DNA of 43,012 nt from Conidiobolus incongruus B7586 (taxonomy: Eukaryota): NCBI GenBank assembly GCA_000697335.1, contig JNEM01010539.1:1-43012 (forward strand). The letters are read 5' to 3'. Of the stretch, positions 26,249 to 37,140 are shown one piece after another. The translations under genes and the position numbers were made by a program. Each line of letters begins with the position of its first letter. The stretch's first letter is position 1. Under the pieces are notes generated by a model. The model worked only from the letters and a program-made list of their open reading frames with translations, was not told where the DNA came from and did not search any database.

Positions 26249-27304
26249 TTATTCAATAGAATATTTCAAAAATAGAAATAAAACGATTCCCGTTAAAATC
26301 CAATTCGTCGTGTATCTGTCCTTGGGATCATACTGCTTGGTCATCGGGATCACTTCGTTGAATGTAGTCTCACTTAAAATAGTGGTGGCTACGAGGAACA
26401 TTATTCCGGTGATGAAACTATCGTATACGAGCTTGGTAGATGCCCAACCCAAAAGGGCTCCTATCATTTGAGGAATAAATGTACTGACAAAAGTTCCCAA
26501 AAGGGCTTTCCACTTAGCTCTGTAGCCATAGTACAGGGGAGCTGAGATGATAATACCTTCCGGAAATTTGTGTAAACTAAGAGCAATGGTAAACATTAAT
26601 CCAGTTTGGTAGCTTTGGTAAGCTGTCAAAAAAGTAACCAATCCTTCAGGAATGTTGTGGATGAAGAACGCCAACATTAATTTGTTACCCATAGATCTGA
26701 AATTAGAAATTTCATCATGGTCAGACACAAATGATTCATTGTCTAAGAGCTCCTTCTCGGAATCTCCCTTGTATTGGAGCTGCACCGATTCAGTAGGGTG
26801 GTGGTGACCATGGCCGTGATCATGACCGTGACCCGAACGGAAAAATGATCTTCTTACAATCAATCCCAGTACAAATACTGCTAAAATACTGCACCCAATA
26901 ATTTTTTTTAATCTATCGTTGTGAATAGGCTCGAGCCATTCTGAAGCTGTGAAGCTTTCGAAAGCTTCGGGGATTAACGCAATGAAAATGGTACATAATA
27001 AGATCCCGGCAGAGAAGCTCATCACCGATGAGAGGAATACGGAATTGTTGGTGATAGTAAAACTGTCTGATACACCGGGAATCAATTTGATCAAATCTTC
27101 GACATAAAGTAACATCGCGCCGAGTGCTGGCACCAATGCACCAGATGCTACGAGTACAAATCCTATCATGGTGCTGAAACCGACATTTTTGTCATTCGAC
27201 GTCACTGAGGAAGCGCCTTTATCACTTAAGGCTTCTTCGCCAATCGCATGAGCATTCAAGCAAATTGGCAACAAGTACAAAATCAAAGTAGCAAATAAAC
27301 TCAT
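26249..27304 (-). CDS. ZIP family metal transporter, 351 aa
   Basis: First ATG is at 27304 (the ORF track starts at an upstream TTG); signal peptide MSLFATLILYLLPICLNA, GHGHDHGHGHHH loop, HNIPEG and HKFPEG; intronless. Confidence 0.93.
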   Translation of the reverse strand: MSLFATLILYLLPICLNAHAIGEEALSDKGASSVTSNDKNVGFSTMIGFVLVASGALVPALGAMLLYVEDLIKLIPGVSDSFTITNNSVFLSSVMSFSAGILLCTIFIALIPEAFESFTASEWLEPIHNDRLKKIIGCSILAVFVLGLIVRRSFFRSGHGHDHGHGHHHPTESVQLQYKGDSEKELLDNESFVSDHDEISNFRSMGNKLMLAFFIHNIPEGLVTFLTAYQSYQTGLMFTIALSLHKFPEGIIISAPLYYGYRAKWKALLGTFVSTFIPQMIGALLGWASTKLVYDSFITGIMFLVATTILSETTFNEVIPMTKQYDPKDRYTTNWILTGIVLFLFLKYSIE

Positions 27305-29579
27305 ATCTGCCAAAATTTTCAATCTAATTCTATCGATTCAACTCTAGGGTCTACCTCCTTTATATTAACATTTCGTGATCACAATTCGTGGCAAACACCA
27401 TCACAATTGCATAATTTCCAGAATGTCTTAATTGTTCTATGTAAATACTCGTACATTAAACGCCTCTTGGAGCTTCCTTAAATAAATTATTTAGAGATTT
27501 TCGGTATTTAACATCTATAAAATTTAGTATACTATTAAAACTGTAACCAAAACTGCATATTCATCTTGGCGATAATTATCATTTTATTAAAGAATTCTCA
27601 GGATTTGTATTGGGCGTCAAACTTAAAAATAGTTCATGTTCAATATAATAATAAAATACATGCATAAAATTTTAAATTAAATTAAGCGGATAATTTCCTT
27701 TTGCCCTGGGTAACTCTAATTAATTTAAGAGGATTAAAAATTATATAAAATCATTGCATTTAACCGTTTATATTGATTAATGAACACAAGGTTATGGTTT
27801 CAGCAAATATTAATGTATATAATTATTTTTAGAAGTTACATAATGCAATTATGCTGACATCTCGGTGTTGTGATAGTATAAGGCGATATGATGTTGAAAA
27901 GTGTGATATTTTTTCCTAATTAGTATTGAAGAAGAGCTATGTTAATATCAAAATTTTAAGGATACTATTTTTGATTAATCTATATTGGCTAAAAATTAAT
28001 TTAATTTATACTAAATATTCTTCAATTTTTCATTAATTATTTTAAATGGGTTTAAAAAAAATAAGAAATTTGTTCATTCTATTGACTAAAAATAATATAT
28101 TAATTTTAAATCCCAAAGTTTAAAAATATATTTTGGCTATTTTATTATTAATCAAACTTTATATTAAACAGCTGAGAATTAATTTCAAATTTTTATTGAT
28201 ATTACAATTGAAATTCAAATTCATGAAAATAATCTCTTTACTTGGAATTCAAGTTCTAATATTTCACCAAATTATTAATTTCTTAGGTTTATTTATTTAT
28301 TCATTTATTTATTTAGTTTTAATAGGGTTTAAATTAGTTTATATAATTTATTGATGATCATATTGTTTGGGTATAATATAACCTAATTTAAATAAATTAT
28401 TAAATATTAATAATTTGACTATATTAATAATAAATTCACTAAATTTTCAAAAAATTATTTTTATTTTGAATATATTAAACTATTTTTCAAATTATAGTAT
28501 AATTTACAGAATAATATATAGCGAAATATATATTTTTCTATTCATCATGAACATATCAATATATCGATATCATCGAAAGATGAAATTTAAATTACAAATG
28601 GGTTGATTAATAAAAATCTTGATATATGTAACCAAAATTATTTATGTATACCCTTGGCAAATATTATGGGGAATATATATTAATTTCAATCAAAATTCAT
28701 TCTTTAGACAAATTTCATATTAAAAAATTCTAAATATTATAATAAGAAATTTATCAAGTTCAAAATCATTGTTAAATATAACATAAGAGTTATAATTTAA
28801 AAAATTATGTTAAGGAATTGATTAATTAACTCTTACTCCATAATTGCTGTGGTATTATACAATTAATTGAAGTATTATTTTTAAATTGATTACTTATTGG
28901 AGTTTAACCAAATCTATTTTTTTACAAAATAAGATATAATTCATTAGATTATATAATTTAATATTAGTTTAAATTTGATAATATTAATTTACCAATGATG
29001 TGCTTATTCATTAAAAATGTCAAGCTTTGACATTGTATTATATTGATTACATATTTATACTAAAGGTCGACCATATATTGATTATGAAATGATGAAATAT
29101 TTGGTAATTTAATATCAAATTTTTGTTTGTTTGATTTGAACTGTAAAATTGAAATTAAAATAAATTAAAAGACATGACATAATTAAAAAATTATAAAATT
29201 GTTATTAATATATTAATTATTGAGTTTTAACTACTTCAAAAGAAAAGTGAAAGCGAAGTTAAAAATATCTTAAATCATTTATCATAATATTAAATGTAGG
29301 AGAAAAAGAAGTATATTGGATTAAAAAACTACTATTATTCTCCAATTTTATCATATTAATATTTATATATAATTGATATTTCTCTAATTTTAATTGGTTT
29401 ATAATTCTCAATTATTTTAAAATAAAATAGTGCATTTACTTTAACCCCAATTAATTACAAAATTTTAAATTAATATGAACATAATATAAATATGATGTCA
29501 CTCTTGAATCATTAGTAATATAAAAAAGTAATCATTCCCAAATTTCAATTTTTTGTAATATATCAACAATTGAAAAAAT

Positions 29580-30611
29580 ATGAGTAAAGTGTGTATTATC
29601 ACAGGTGCAAATAGTGGTATTGGATACGAAGTCACCAAACGACTATTACAATCTAACTATCATGTCATCATAGGTATTCCTTACAATTTAAATAAATTCC
29701 AATCCTAATATAATTATCTAGGCTCTAGAGATAGTGCCAAAACCGAGAAAGCTATCAAAGAGTTGGAAACTTTTAAAACAGGAGAATCGAAATTAGATTT
29801 TATTCCTATCGATTTAAGTGATTTTAATAGTATTCAAGAGTTCGTTCAAAAGTTTTCGGAAATGAAATTACCTTTACATTTGTTGATAAATAACGCTGCA
29901 ATATTTCACAATTTTAGTAACAAATTTAGCAAATTTAACAAGGATAAGATTGAGTTAGTGTAAGTATTATAAATAACTTAATTGGATAGTTTATTAATAT
30001 TAAGAAATTAGATTAGCAACTAACTATTATGGACCATTTTTATTAACTCAGTTACTTTTGGAACATTTGAAAGGTACTGAAAATAGTAGAATTGTTAATG
30101 TGAGTTCAAATCTTTATAAACAAGCCAACTTTGGTAATAATAATAATTATTTTTCTATAAATATTGGATAATAATAAATTATTTAGATATCCCTGTTACC
30201 AGTCTCAATCCGATTGACGACCGTCCCCAACGCGTGAAGGGAGCGTATCCATTCAGCAAGTATCTTGGAATTCTTAGTGCCATAAAATTCAATCAACGCT
30301 ACAAGAACCCAAGTATTACAACCGTATGTCCAGGATTTATTCCCACCACCAATTTGGGACGAGATTCTAGTTTTATTGTTAGATTTATAATGCATTATAT
30401 ATTCCCTTGGTTTTCGTTTACTTCCACTTTGGAAGAAGGTGTGATCAGAGTGTTGGAAGCGGCTCATCGTCCTATTAATGAACTCCCAGAAAAAAATGGG
30501 GAAGGTTGTTGGATGCATGAGAAGGAGGAATGGCATTGGTTACAATTTGATCAATCTAAGGTTGATGAGCTTTGGGATCATTCTTTAAAAGTAGTAGGTT
30601 TAGGTCTTTGA
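29580..30611 (+). CDS. Classical short-chain dehydrogenase/reductase (retinol dehydrogenase/WWOX-like), ~292 aa
   Basis: 4 exons: 29580-29673, 29722-29959, 30012-30133, 30187-30611. TGANSGIG, DLSD, LINNAA, ATNYYGPFLLT, IVNVSS, catalytic YPFSK, CPGFIPTTNL. Confidence 0.92.
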
Positions 30612-31783
30612 ACTAAGTGACCTTAGTATTTTTTCTTATGTTATTTTTATGGCTATTGAAATAAAATATTCAAATATATTTTAATAATTTAATATTCTTT
30701 CGATTTGAACCCTTAAATATTAACAATATTACACATTAAATTAATGAATACATTTGAATATTTCCATTTATAATTTTATAAATCTTTTCAAAAATTAAAC
30801 GAAATTAATAATATAAATTAACCAAATATATGGATATAGAATTGAACCAAAAGTGGACAAAATCCGGATTTAAATAATTAAATTTTGGATATCCCATCAA
30901 TCTAAAAATTACTGAATAATCACGCAAATTCATTTAGGATATGATAATTAAATTAACCAATTCCATGTATTCAAAAAGTTATCAAAAAATTTAATGTTAT
31001 AACTAATTATTAGATTTTAATTTTAATTTATTAGTGACTTGAGTGGAATATGTATTATTCCAAGATCAATAAAATATGATTATCATATACTTAATACAAA
31101 TAGTAATAATAAATCTATTTAAATCATTAATATTCTGAGATCAATTCAAATGATTTTCAATTATATAGCAATATTCACTAAATATAATAGTAATAAAATC
31201 TGAATTATAAAATGCACCAATTAATTCAATTTAATGTTTTTGAATATATATAATTAAATATTTCTTTTTCAAATATTTTTAATAGATTCCAACGACAATA
31301 TTATTTCAATATATATACGTTATCTAGTTTAAATTGTAATAATATTAAAAATTCGAAAAATCTGGTCATGGCCTGATAATTGAATGCTTTAATTAATTCT
31401 GATAATTTAAAAAAGAGAATATTTGAGACTTATGTAAATTATAGGGGTCCCTGGGTTAAATCCAGAAGTAAAAAAATTAAAATTTGAGTTTTATCCTGTC
31501 CCGAGTTAAGCTATTTTCAAGTCAAAAATTCATCATTAACATATCAATATGACATCATTTAGTGAATAAATATAAAATATTTGAGTTTTAAACAAAATAT
31601 TAATTAATAATAAAAAAATATGATCAATTTGTAATAACTTCAATATATTCATACCTCCTAATTATTCAAGAAAAGAAAATCAAAATTAACTAATAAATAA
31701 TGTTGATTTTTATAATATAAAATTTAGAAAGTGAACAGTTGGACAATAAGAAATGTACAATTTAGTTAATTACATTAGATTTA

Positions 31784-31791
31784 TCCCATAA
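31784..31791 (+). promoter_or_regulatory. TCCCATAA candidate promoter element
   Basis: Exact 8-mer ~205 bp upstream of ATG 31996. Confidence 0.5.
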
Positions 31792-31995
31792 TTTAAATTT
31801 GATTATATAAGGTTCATAAATACATTTGTATTAAGATACAGCAGTTGACAATTCAATTTGCAAATTATTATTTATTAATACTTATTTCTAACTTATATCT
31901 ATTATTTATTAACAAAAAAACTATTTAAAATTTACATTTGTATATAATTAAATATCATTAACCTTCCAAATAATATTATTTATTAAAAAAAAATT

Positions 31996-34848
31996 ATGGA
32001 TTTTCCTTACAGAAAAGCAACCAAATTCTCATCTAGGTCATTAGGTACACTAAGCGACAATTTGAGAAGGAAATTCCAGAATAACGATGATTTTAAAGTT
32101 GATAAATTCCAACCTTTGCAACTTCCTTCCTTTCCTATTCCCAAGAGAAAGCCTTCTTCAAATACTGGTCAAAGTCAAGTTACTCAGAGTGGGAATGTAA
32201 GTCAAGTACAAAATAATGTACAGAATAATGAGAATTCTTCTGCGAAAAATACGTTGACAAAATCGCCAAATGTTTCAGAACATCCAAAGTCGTTTAATTT
32301 ACCAACTACATCTGTTGCCGAGACATCGATACTTCCAGTTTGGCAAAATGTCGGACTGAGCCATTTGACAAAAGCTCAACCCAAACCAGTTAATTCAAAT
32401 ACGGTATCAGAGCCTTCAGATCCCTTCCAAACACCTAATGATGATCCCGAACCCCAAAACGTGCCCACAATCCGTGACTTTTTGGATGAAGACACCCAAT
32501 CGAGCATTGAATTTCCCAACGATTTGGCCCCCTTACCGCCGTGGCCAGAGCAGGATTCGTCAATGTCGTTCGAATTACCTCAATTTCAAGGTGATTTGGA
32601 TAGTTCTGTTGATCAGTATTCGTTTAATAAGGAGAAATCGTTCGATCACCCAACAAACGACGATTCTTTAATGTTGGAAGATTTGGGGAACCCTACAGAG
32701 GAACCGTTTAACGATGGAGACAAATTGCAAATTACTCATCAGTTGGATTTGGACAGTTCTGTGGAAAATTTTAATCGTGATACTTATGACTCTGATTTGA
32801 ATAATGCTGATAATATAGATATTAACAAAAGTAGCATTGATGATATAAATTCACAGGTTAGTATTAATGAGAAATCAAATAATAATCAAGTTGATACAAA
32901 CCATGTCGAAACTGAAGATTCAAATATCGGAGTAGTTGATCAGTCGGTTCCAGTACTAACAAATGACGATGGTTTTGAAGACTCACAACATTCTCAAAAT
33001 AGCAATGAAAAGAGCTTGCAGAATGTCAATGAGTTGACAGATACGGATACTGGATTTAAGTTATCAACTAATACATTTGACAAATCTGCTATTAGCACTC
33101 AACCAACTCTAGCTGCAGGAAATACCACTCTATGGCATGGTGTTCCATTGCCAGCTGTGATTCACCCTTCAACTTCTTTTGGTTCTCAAATTCAAAGTCA
33201 AGCTGTCTCTCTTAATCAACCGGTTCCAGTCAAAGCAACTGCCACTTCATTTGATAATTCCACATTGCATGCTGTAACCAATCCACCAGCTTTACCCGCT
33301 ATTCAAGGTCAAAAAAGAGATGCTTCTGCAATTGAACCAGCTCAAGCCGATGAAACCACTACTTTGACTGACACTATGGCTCAATCAGCTGTTAATGACC
33401 AAATTACCTCCCCTCCTGCAAAAATTCCAAAGTCGGAAGTTTCGCATATTCAAGCATCATCTATTGGTAATACTACCACATCATGGAACGGTATCAACCT
33501 TACTGCTGTAAGTAATCTTTCAACACAATCTGGTAGCCAGCCTCAAAAGCAGACTGTATCAGTGATTCAACCACCTCCAGTGAGTGAAAATGCTACTATA
33601 TGGCATGGTATCAGTTTACCATCTGTTACCAACCATAATACTTCAACATCCGTACCAGCACAAAATCAAGATGTGTCATTGATTCAATCACCTCCGATTT
33701 CTGAAAATTCTACCATTTGGCATGGTGTTAATTTACCAGCTGTCGTTAATCTTTCAACTTCTCAAGTGGCTAAGGCTCAGAATCAAGACGAGGATAAGGT
33801 TTCACCTTCTGTTGATTCTAATGTTAAACCAGATCCACCATCATCTAACAATGACCAAGGTACTAAGGAAGAAATCACAGAAAATATGGAAACTGAACAA
33901 ATTCCTAATGATTCTCCATTGTCATCTTCCAGCAAAAAGAGACAACGCGAAGAAGATAAAGATGAAGACAACATTCCAGAATCCGAGCAGTCTCCAAAGC
34001 AAGAAGAATTTAACAATCACCAACAAGATGAATCATCTCAGCCACCCCAAGTAGAAGAGGCCACACCCAACTTCTCTCCACTGCAATCCGATCCACATCC
34101 ACAGCCCAATCCCCCAATAATGCAAAATCTCCCACCGTCATTTTTTAACTACACACACAATCAAAACTTTACAATGTCCAGAAACTTGATAGCTCCTGAT
34201 CCCACTTTGGAAAGGACGCCATCACCTACTTGGGGTCCACCTATCAACATGCCGACGAAGGACCAAATTCCAGAACTGACGTTGGAAGAATCTGCACAGA
34301 GTGTTGGGAATAAGGAAAATGAAGATAACACAGAGATCGACACTACAATATACTATCCAACGACGAATGAAACTGAAAACGTTGAACAACAAGATCCAGA
34401 TACGACGGGAACGAAACAAGGTGGTAAAAAGAAAAAGAAGAAAAATAAGAAAAAGAATAAGAATAACCCCAATGCTAATAACAACAATAATCAAAACAAC
34501 AATAATAACTCTAACAAACAAACCCAACAACAAAAACGCCAACCCAAATCTAAATCTAAATCCAAATACAAGAATAAGGACAACTTCCACGATTACGATC
34601 AACTTCCTCCTTCGACGCAGTCGGACAGTCAGCAGGACGATTTTGCCCAATTGTTGAAAGCTTATCAAAGTCAAGACTCCAAAAACAGTACACAGACTAA
34701 GGCTCAAACAAGACGTCAAAGTAACGCCAAAGAGAGTAAAGATACGAGCATTGATAATCAGACAGAAGATAGACCTAGAAGGTCGAGTAGATTGACTGGT
34801 ACTGAGATAAATTATTCGGACACTAAAAGTCGTAAAAAAACGACATGA
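31996..34848 (+). CDS. 950-aa intrinsically disordered protein with internal 39-aa repeats and basic NLS-like tracts
   Basis: 2.85-kb intronless ORF, S/T/N/Q/D/P-rich, no TM segment or signal peptide; KKRQRE and GKKKKKKNKKKNK tracts; no globular domain recognised. Confidence 0.88.
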   Translation: MDFPYRKATKFSSRSLGTLSDNLRRKFQNNDDFKVDKFQPLQLPSFPIPKRKPSSNTGQSQVTQSGNVSQVQNNVQNNENSSAKNTLTKSPNVSEHPKSFNLPTTSVAETSILPVWQNVGLSHLTKAQPKPVNSNTVSEPSDPFQTPNDDPEPQNVPTIRDFLDEDTQSSIEFPNDLAPLPPWPEQDSSMSFELPQFQGDLDSSVDQYSFNKEKSFDHPTNDDSLMLEDLGNPTEEPFNDGDKLQITHQLDLDSSVENFNRDTYDSDLNNADNIDINKSSIDDINSQVSINEKSNNNQVDTNHVETEDSNIGVVDQSVPVLTNDDGFEDSQHSQNSNEKSLQNVNELTDTDTGFKLSTNTFDKSAISTQPTLAAGNTTLWHGVPLPAVIHPSTSFGSQIQSQAVSLNQPVPVKATATSFDNSTLHAVTNPPALPAIQGQKRDASAIEPAQADETTTLTDTMAQSAVNDQITSPPAKIPKSEVSHIQASSIGNTTTSWNGINLTAVSNLSTQSGSQPQKQTVSVIQPPPVSENATIWHGISLPSVTNHNTSTSVPAQNQDVSLIQSPPISENSTIWHGVNLPAVVNLSTSQVAKAQNQDEDKVSPSVDSNVKPDPPSSNNDQGTKEEITENMETEQIPNDSPLSSSSKKRQREEDKDEDNIPESEQSPKQEEFNNHQQDESSQPPQVEEATPNFSPLQSDPHPQPNPPIMQNLPPSFFNYTHNQNFTMSRNLIAPDPTLERTPSPTWGPPINMPTKDQIPELTLEESAQSVGNKENEDNTEIDTTIYYPTTNETENVEQQDPDTTGTKQGGKKKKKKNKKKNKNNPNANNNNNQNNNNNSNKQTQQQKRQPKSKSKSKYKNKDNFHDYDQLPPSTQSDSQQDDFAQLLKAYQSQDSKNSTQTKAQTRRQSNAKESKDTSIDNQTEDRPRRSSRLTGTEINYSDTKSRKKTT
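33100..33801 (+). repeat. Six degenerate tandem 117-bp (39-aa) coding repeats
   Basis: Trp codons at 33133, 33484, 33601, 33718 (spacing 351, 117, 117); the two intervening units keep the register (TSFDNSTLHAV, TLTDTMAQSAV). Confidence 0.8.
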
Positions 34849-35100
34849 ACTTGAAAAATTCATATTTTAAAATATTTACTAATAAAATCTCTTTTACCTG
34901 TCTTGAAAACCTATCTAGAATTGATTTTATTAACTGAAATATTTATTTTTGATTATTTCATAAATTATTCAAGACAATTTATTTTAAACTTTTTTTTGAT
35001 AGAAATTAATAATTTAATTAAATTTATTTAAAAATAATCCAAATTATTTAATTTTGTTAATTTAAAATTTCATTGTTTTATATTTAATATCAAATTATTA

Positions 35101-35360
35101 CTTTGTAATTTAAATAATGGGAATTTTTTGCGATTGAAAAAAAATAAACATTTTAATATATACAAAGTAAAAATAAATATATAATATAAAATTAATAATT
35201 TCCTTTATTTCTAATAAAAAAATTATTATATATATATATATATATATAATTCAAAACTATTTATTTTCCTATTTGTTTTGTATATATTTGCTTATTTGAA
35301 ACTAATAATATGTTTGAAAAATCGGAAATTAAAAAATTTCCCATTTCTTCGATTCCATGG
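35101..35360 (-). mobile_element. 260-bp internally deleted derivative (MITE) of the mariner element
   Basis: TA on both flanks; 35101-35200 matches the reverse complement of ~6580-6678 and 35230-35360 matches the reverse complement of 5376-5500; TIR core aatgggaa(a)tttttt at both ends. Confidence 0.85.
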
Positions 35361-36567
35361 TAATAAATTAAATTATTTTAATTCTAATTTGAATTCAATT
35401 TTATAAAATATTACTATTTATTTATTATTTTCTGTTATAATTATTAATAATTATTAATTATATAATATAATGGTATTAATCTTTTGGGTTAAATATAGAA
35501 TTAATATTAATTTTTTTTAAATTTGGGAAATATGATATTTATTTCAATATTCATTGATTTAATTGGAATTAAATTTGAATTATATTTATAATTAATACTT
35601 TTAAATACTATCAAATTATTTTATCTCACCTTTAAAAAATTAATCAAGTTTTGTGGTATGTAACATGATTAATTAATTTAATATTATTAACGTACCTATT
35701 TTGAATTCAAGGTTCATATACAAGATGAAAGATTTAATATAATCCAAAATTCACACCATTCAACATAAAGAACTGTATTTATCAAAAAATTATTGATTAT
35801 TGGAATTCTAATTATATACCTGGTATTTTTAAATAATATAACATATATTCAGGATTACCATATGATTTATACTAATTACAAATTATAAAATATCAATCAA
35901 GAAAAAAATATTAAATATAATAACTTAACTCAAAATTATGTTGTATTAGCTATGATATTTTAAAATAAGAGTTAAATATTTTTCAATTTTACCAAGTGAA
36001 ATACAATTGCTAAGGTTAAATATTCTTTGTTTAAGCAATAAATCAAATATATTTAATATTTATGATAAAAAATTAAAAAAAACTCCTAACAATGATAAAG
36101 AACAAAATAAGTCTAATTTAATTAAATATCATATGGGATAATTAATTATATTGATTATTTTCAAAATCTATATATTAAAATTGACAAAAATAACAATCAA
36201 ATAGATAGACTAAATATATATTTTCTTTGAAATTTTTTTGTAAAAAATTATATTATAAATATGTCTTTGAAATAGTAAACAAATATTATAAATTTATAAA
36301 TTATATTTTTATTTTTTAACATTAAAACTCAAATAAAAAAATTTAATTAACATAGATTTCCACAAATAATACAGTTGAGGGGTTTAAAAGCTGGTCCAAT
36401 CAAAATTTATTCAACTCAATTCAAATATTACCCAATCCTATTATACAGTTAAAGTTATTTATTATAATTTAATTTAAATATGACACAAAAATTTTTTTCA
36501 AAATTTTTTAATTTTAATTTTAACCCTGACTTTAAATCCCACAATTAAATCGGAAAATATAAAAGCA

Positions 36568-37140
36568 ATGAATAAACAATTAAATATAGAAAAGGAGATT
36601 AAGTCAATAATCAATCTTGATGATATTGACCAATTAAATAATGGGTTAAATGATGGCAAAATAAGTATCGTCCATTATCAATACTACAATAATGAATTAA
36701 AATTTCAACTGTATATTCACGGTCAGGACCGAACCATATGGGTGGATGGATCCAAACTCAAGAATCAAAAGCAATTAATTGATAATTATAATAAAACAGT
36801 GTTACAATTCAAGGATTTGATGCGGAATGAGACTGCTGGATCCAATCCAGTTCTCACGAAAATGAATCAAATTATACTGGAGAATTTGAGGGAGAGAGCT
36901 ATGATGTTTGGTAATGATCCAGCTACAAAACCTAAAAAAGTGAAAGTTTTCAAGAAAAATTGGTTTATTCCGTCGAATCCAGGTCATAGAGAATTCGATT
37001 TTCATCTTATTAAGAGGGTAATTACGAAGAATTGCTCCGATACTGGGAAAGTGAATTACTTGATGGAGGATCTTAACGACGAAATGTTTAATGTCGGACT
37101 ATATTTTGCCGATGATTTCCGAAAAGGAAACATTGAGTAA
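36568..37140 (+). CDS. Hypothetical protein with two divergent chromo-like domains; probably extends to 37273 via a +1 shift
   Basis: IVHYQYYNNELKFQLYIHGQDRTIWVDGSKLKNQKQLIDNY resembles a chromodomain; basic hinge KPKKVKVFKK; IKRVITKNCSDTGKVNYLME resembles the start of a chromo/chromoshadow domain. Domain call by eye only. Confidence 0.6.
   Translation: MNKQLNIEKEIKSIINLDDIDQLNNGLNDGKISIVHYQYYNNELKFQLYIHGQDRTIWVDGSKLKNQKQLIDNYNKTVLQFKDLMRNETAGSNPVLTKMNQIILENLRERAMMFGNDPATKPKKVKVFKKNWFIPSNPGHREFDFHLIKRVITKNCSDTGKVNYLMEDLNDEMFNVGLYFADDFRKGNIE

Noticed and set aside
27305..27322. TTG-initiated extension of the third ZIP
   Set aside because: Eukaryotic gene; ATG at 27304 directly opens the signal peptide.
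28133..28606. Two I/L/F/N/K-rich ORFs (similarly 1416-1616, 3266-3469, 39107-39295)
   Set aside because: AT-composition artefacts, mostly with non-ATG starts; 39107-39295 spans an LTR.
34222..34863. 213-aa hydrophobic antisense ORF
   Set aside because: Shadow of the K/N/Q-rich sense codons of the 950-aa gene.
37093..37126. 34-nt GT..AAG intron that would repair the chromo-like ORF
   Set aside because: Poor donor (GTCGGA), GC-rich and shorter than all other introns here (46-68 nt); an indel is more parsimonious.
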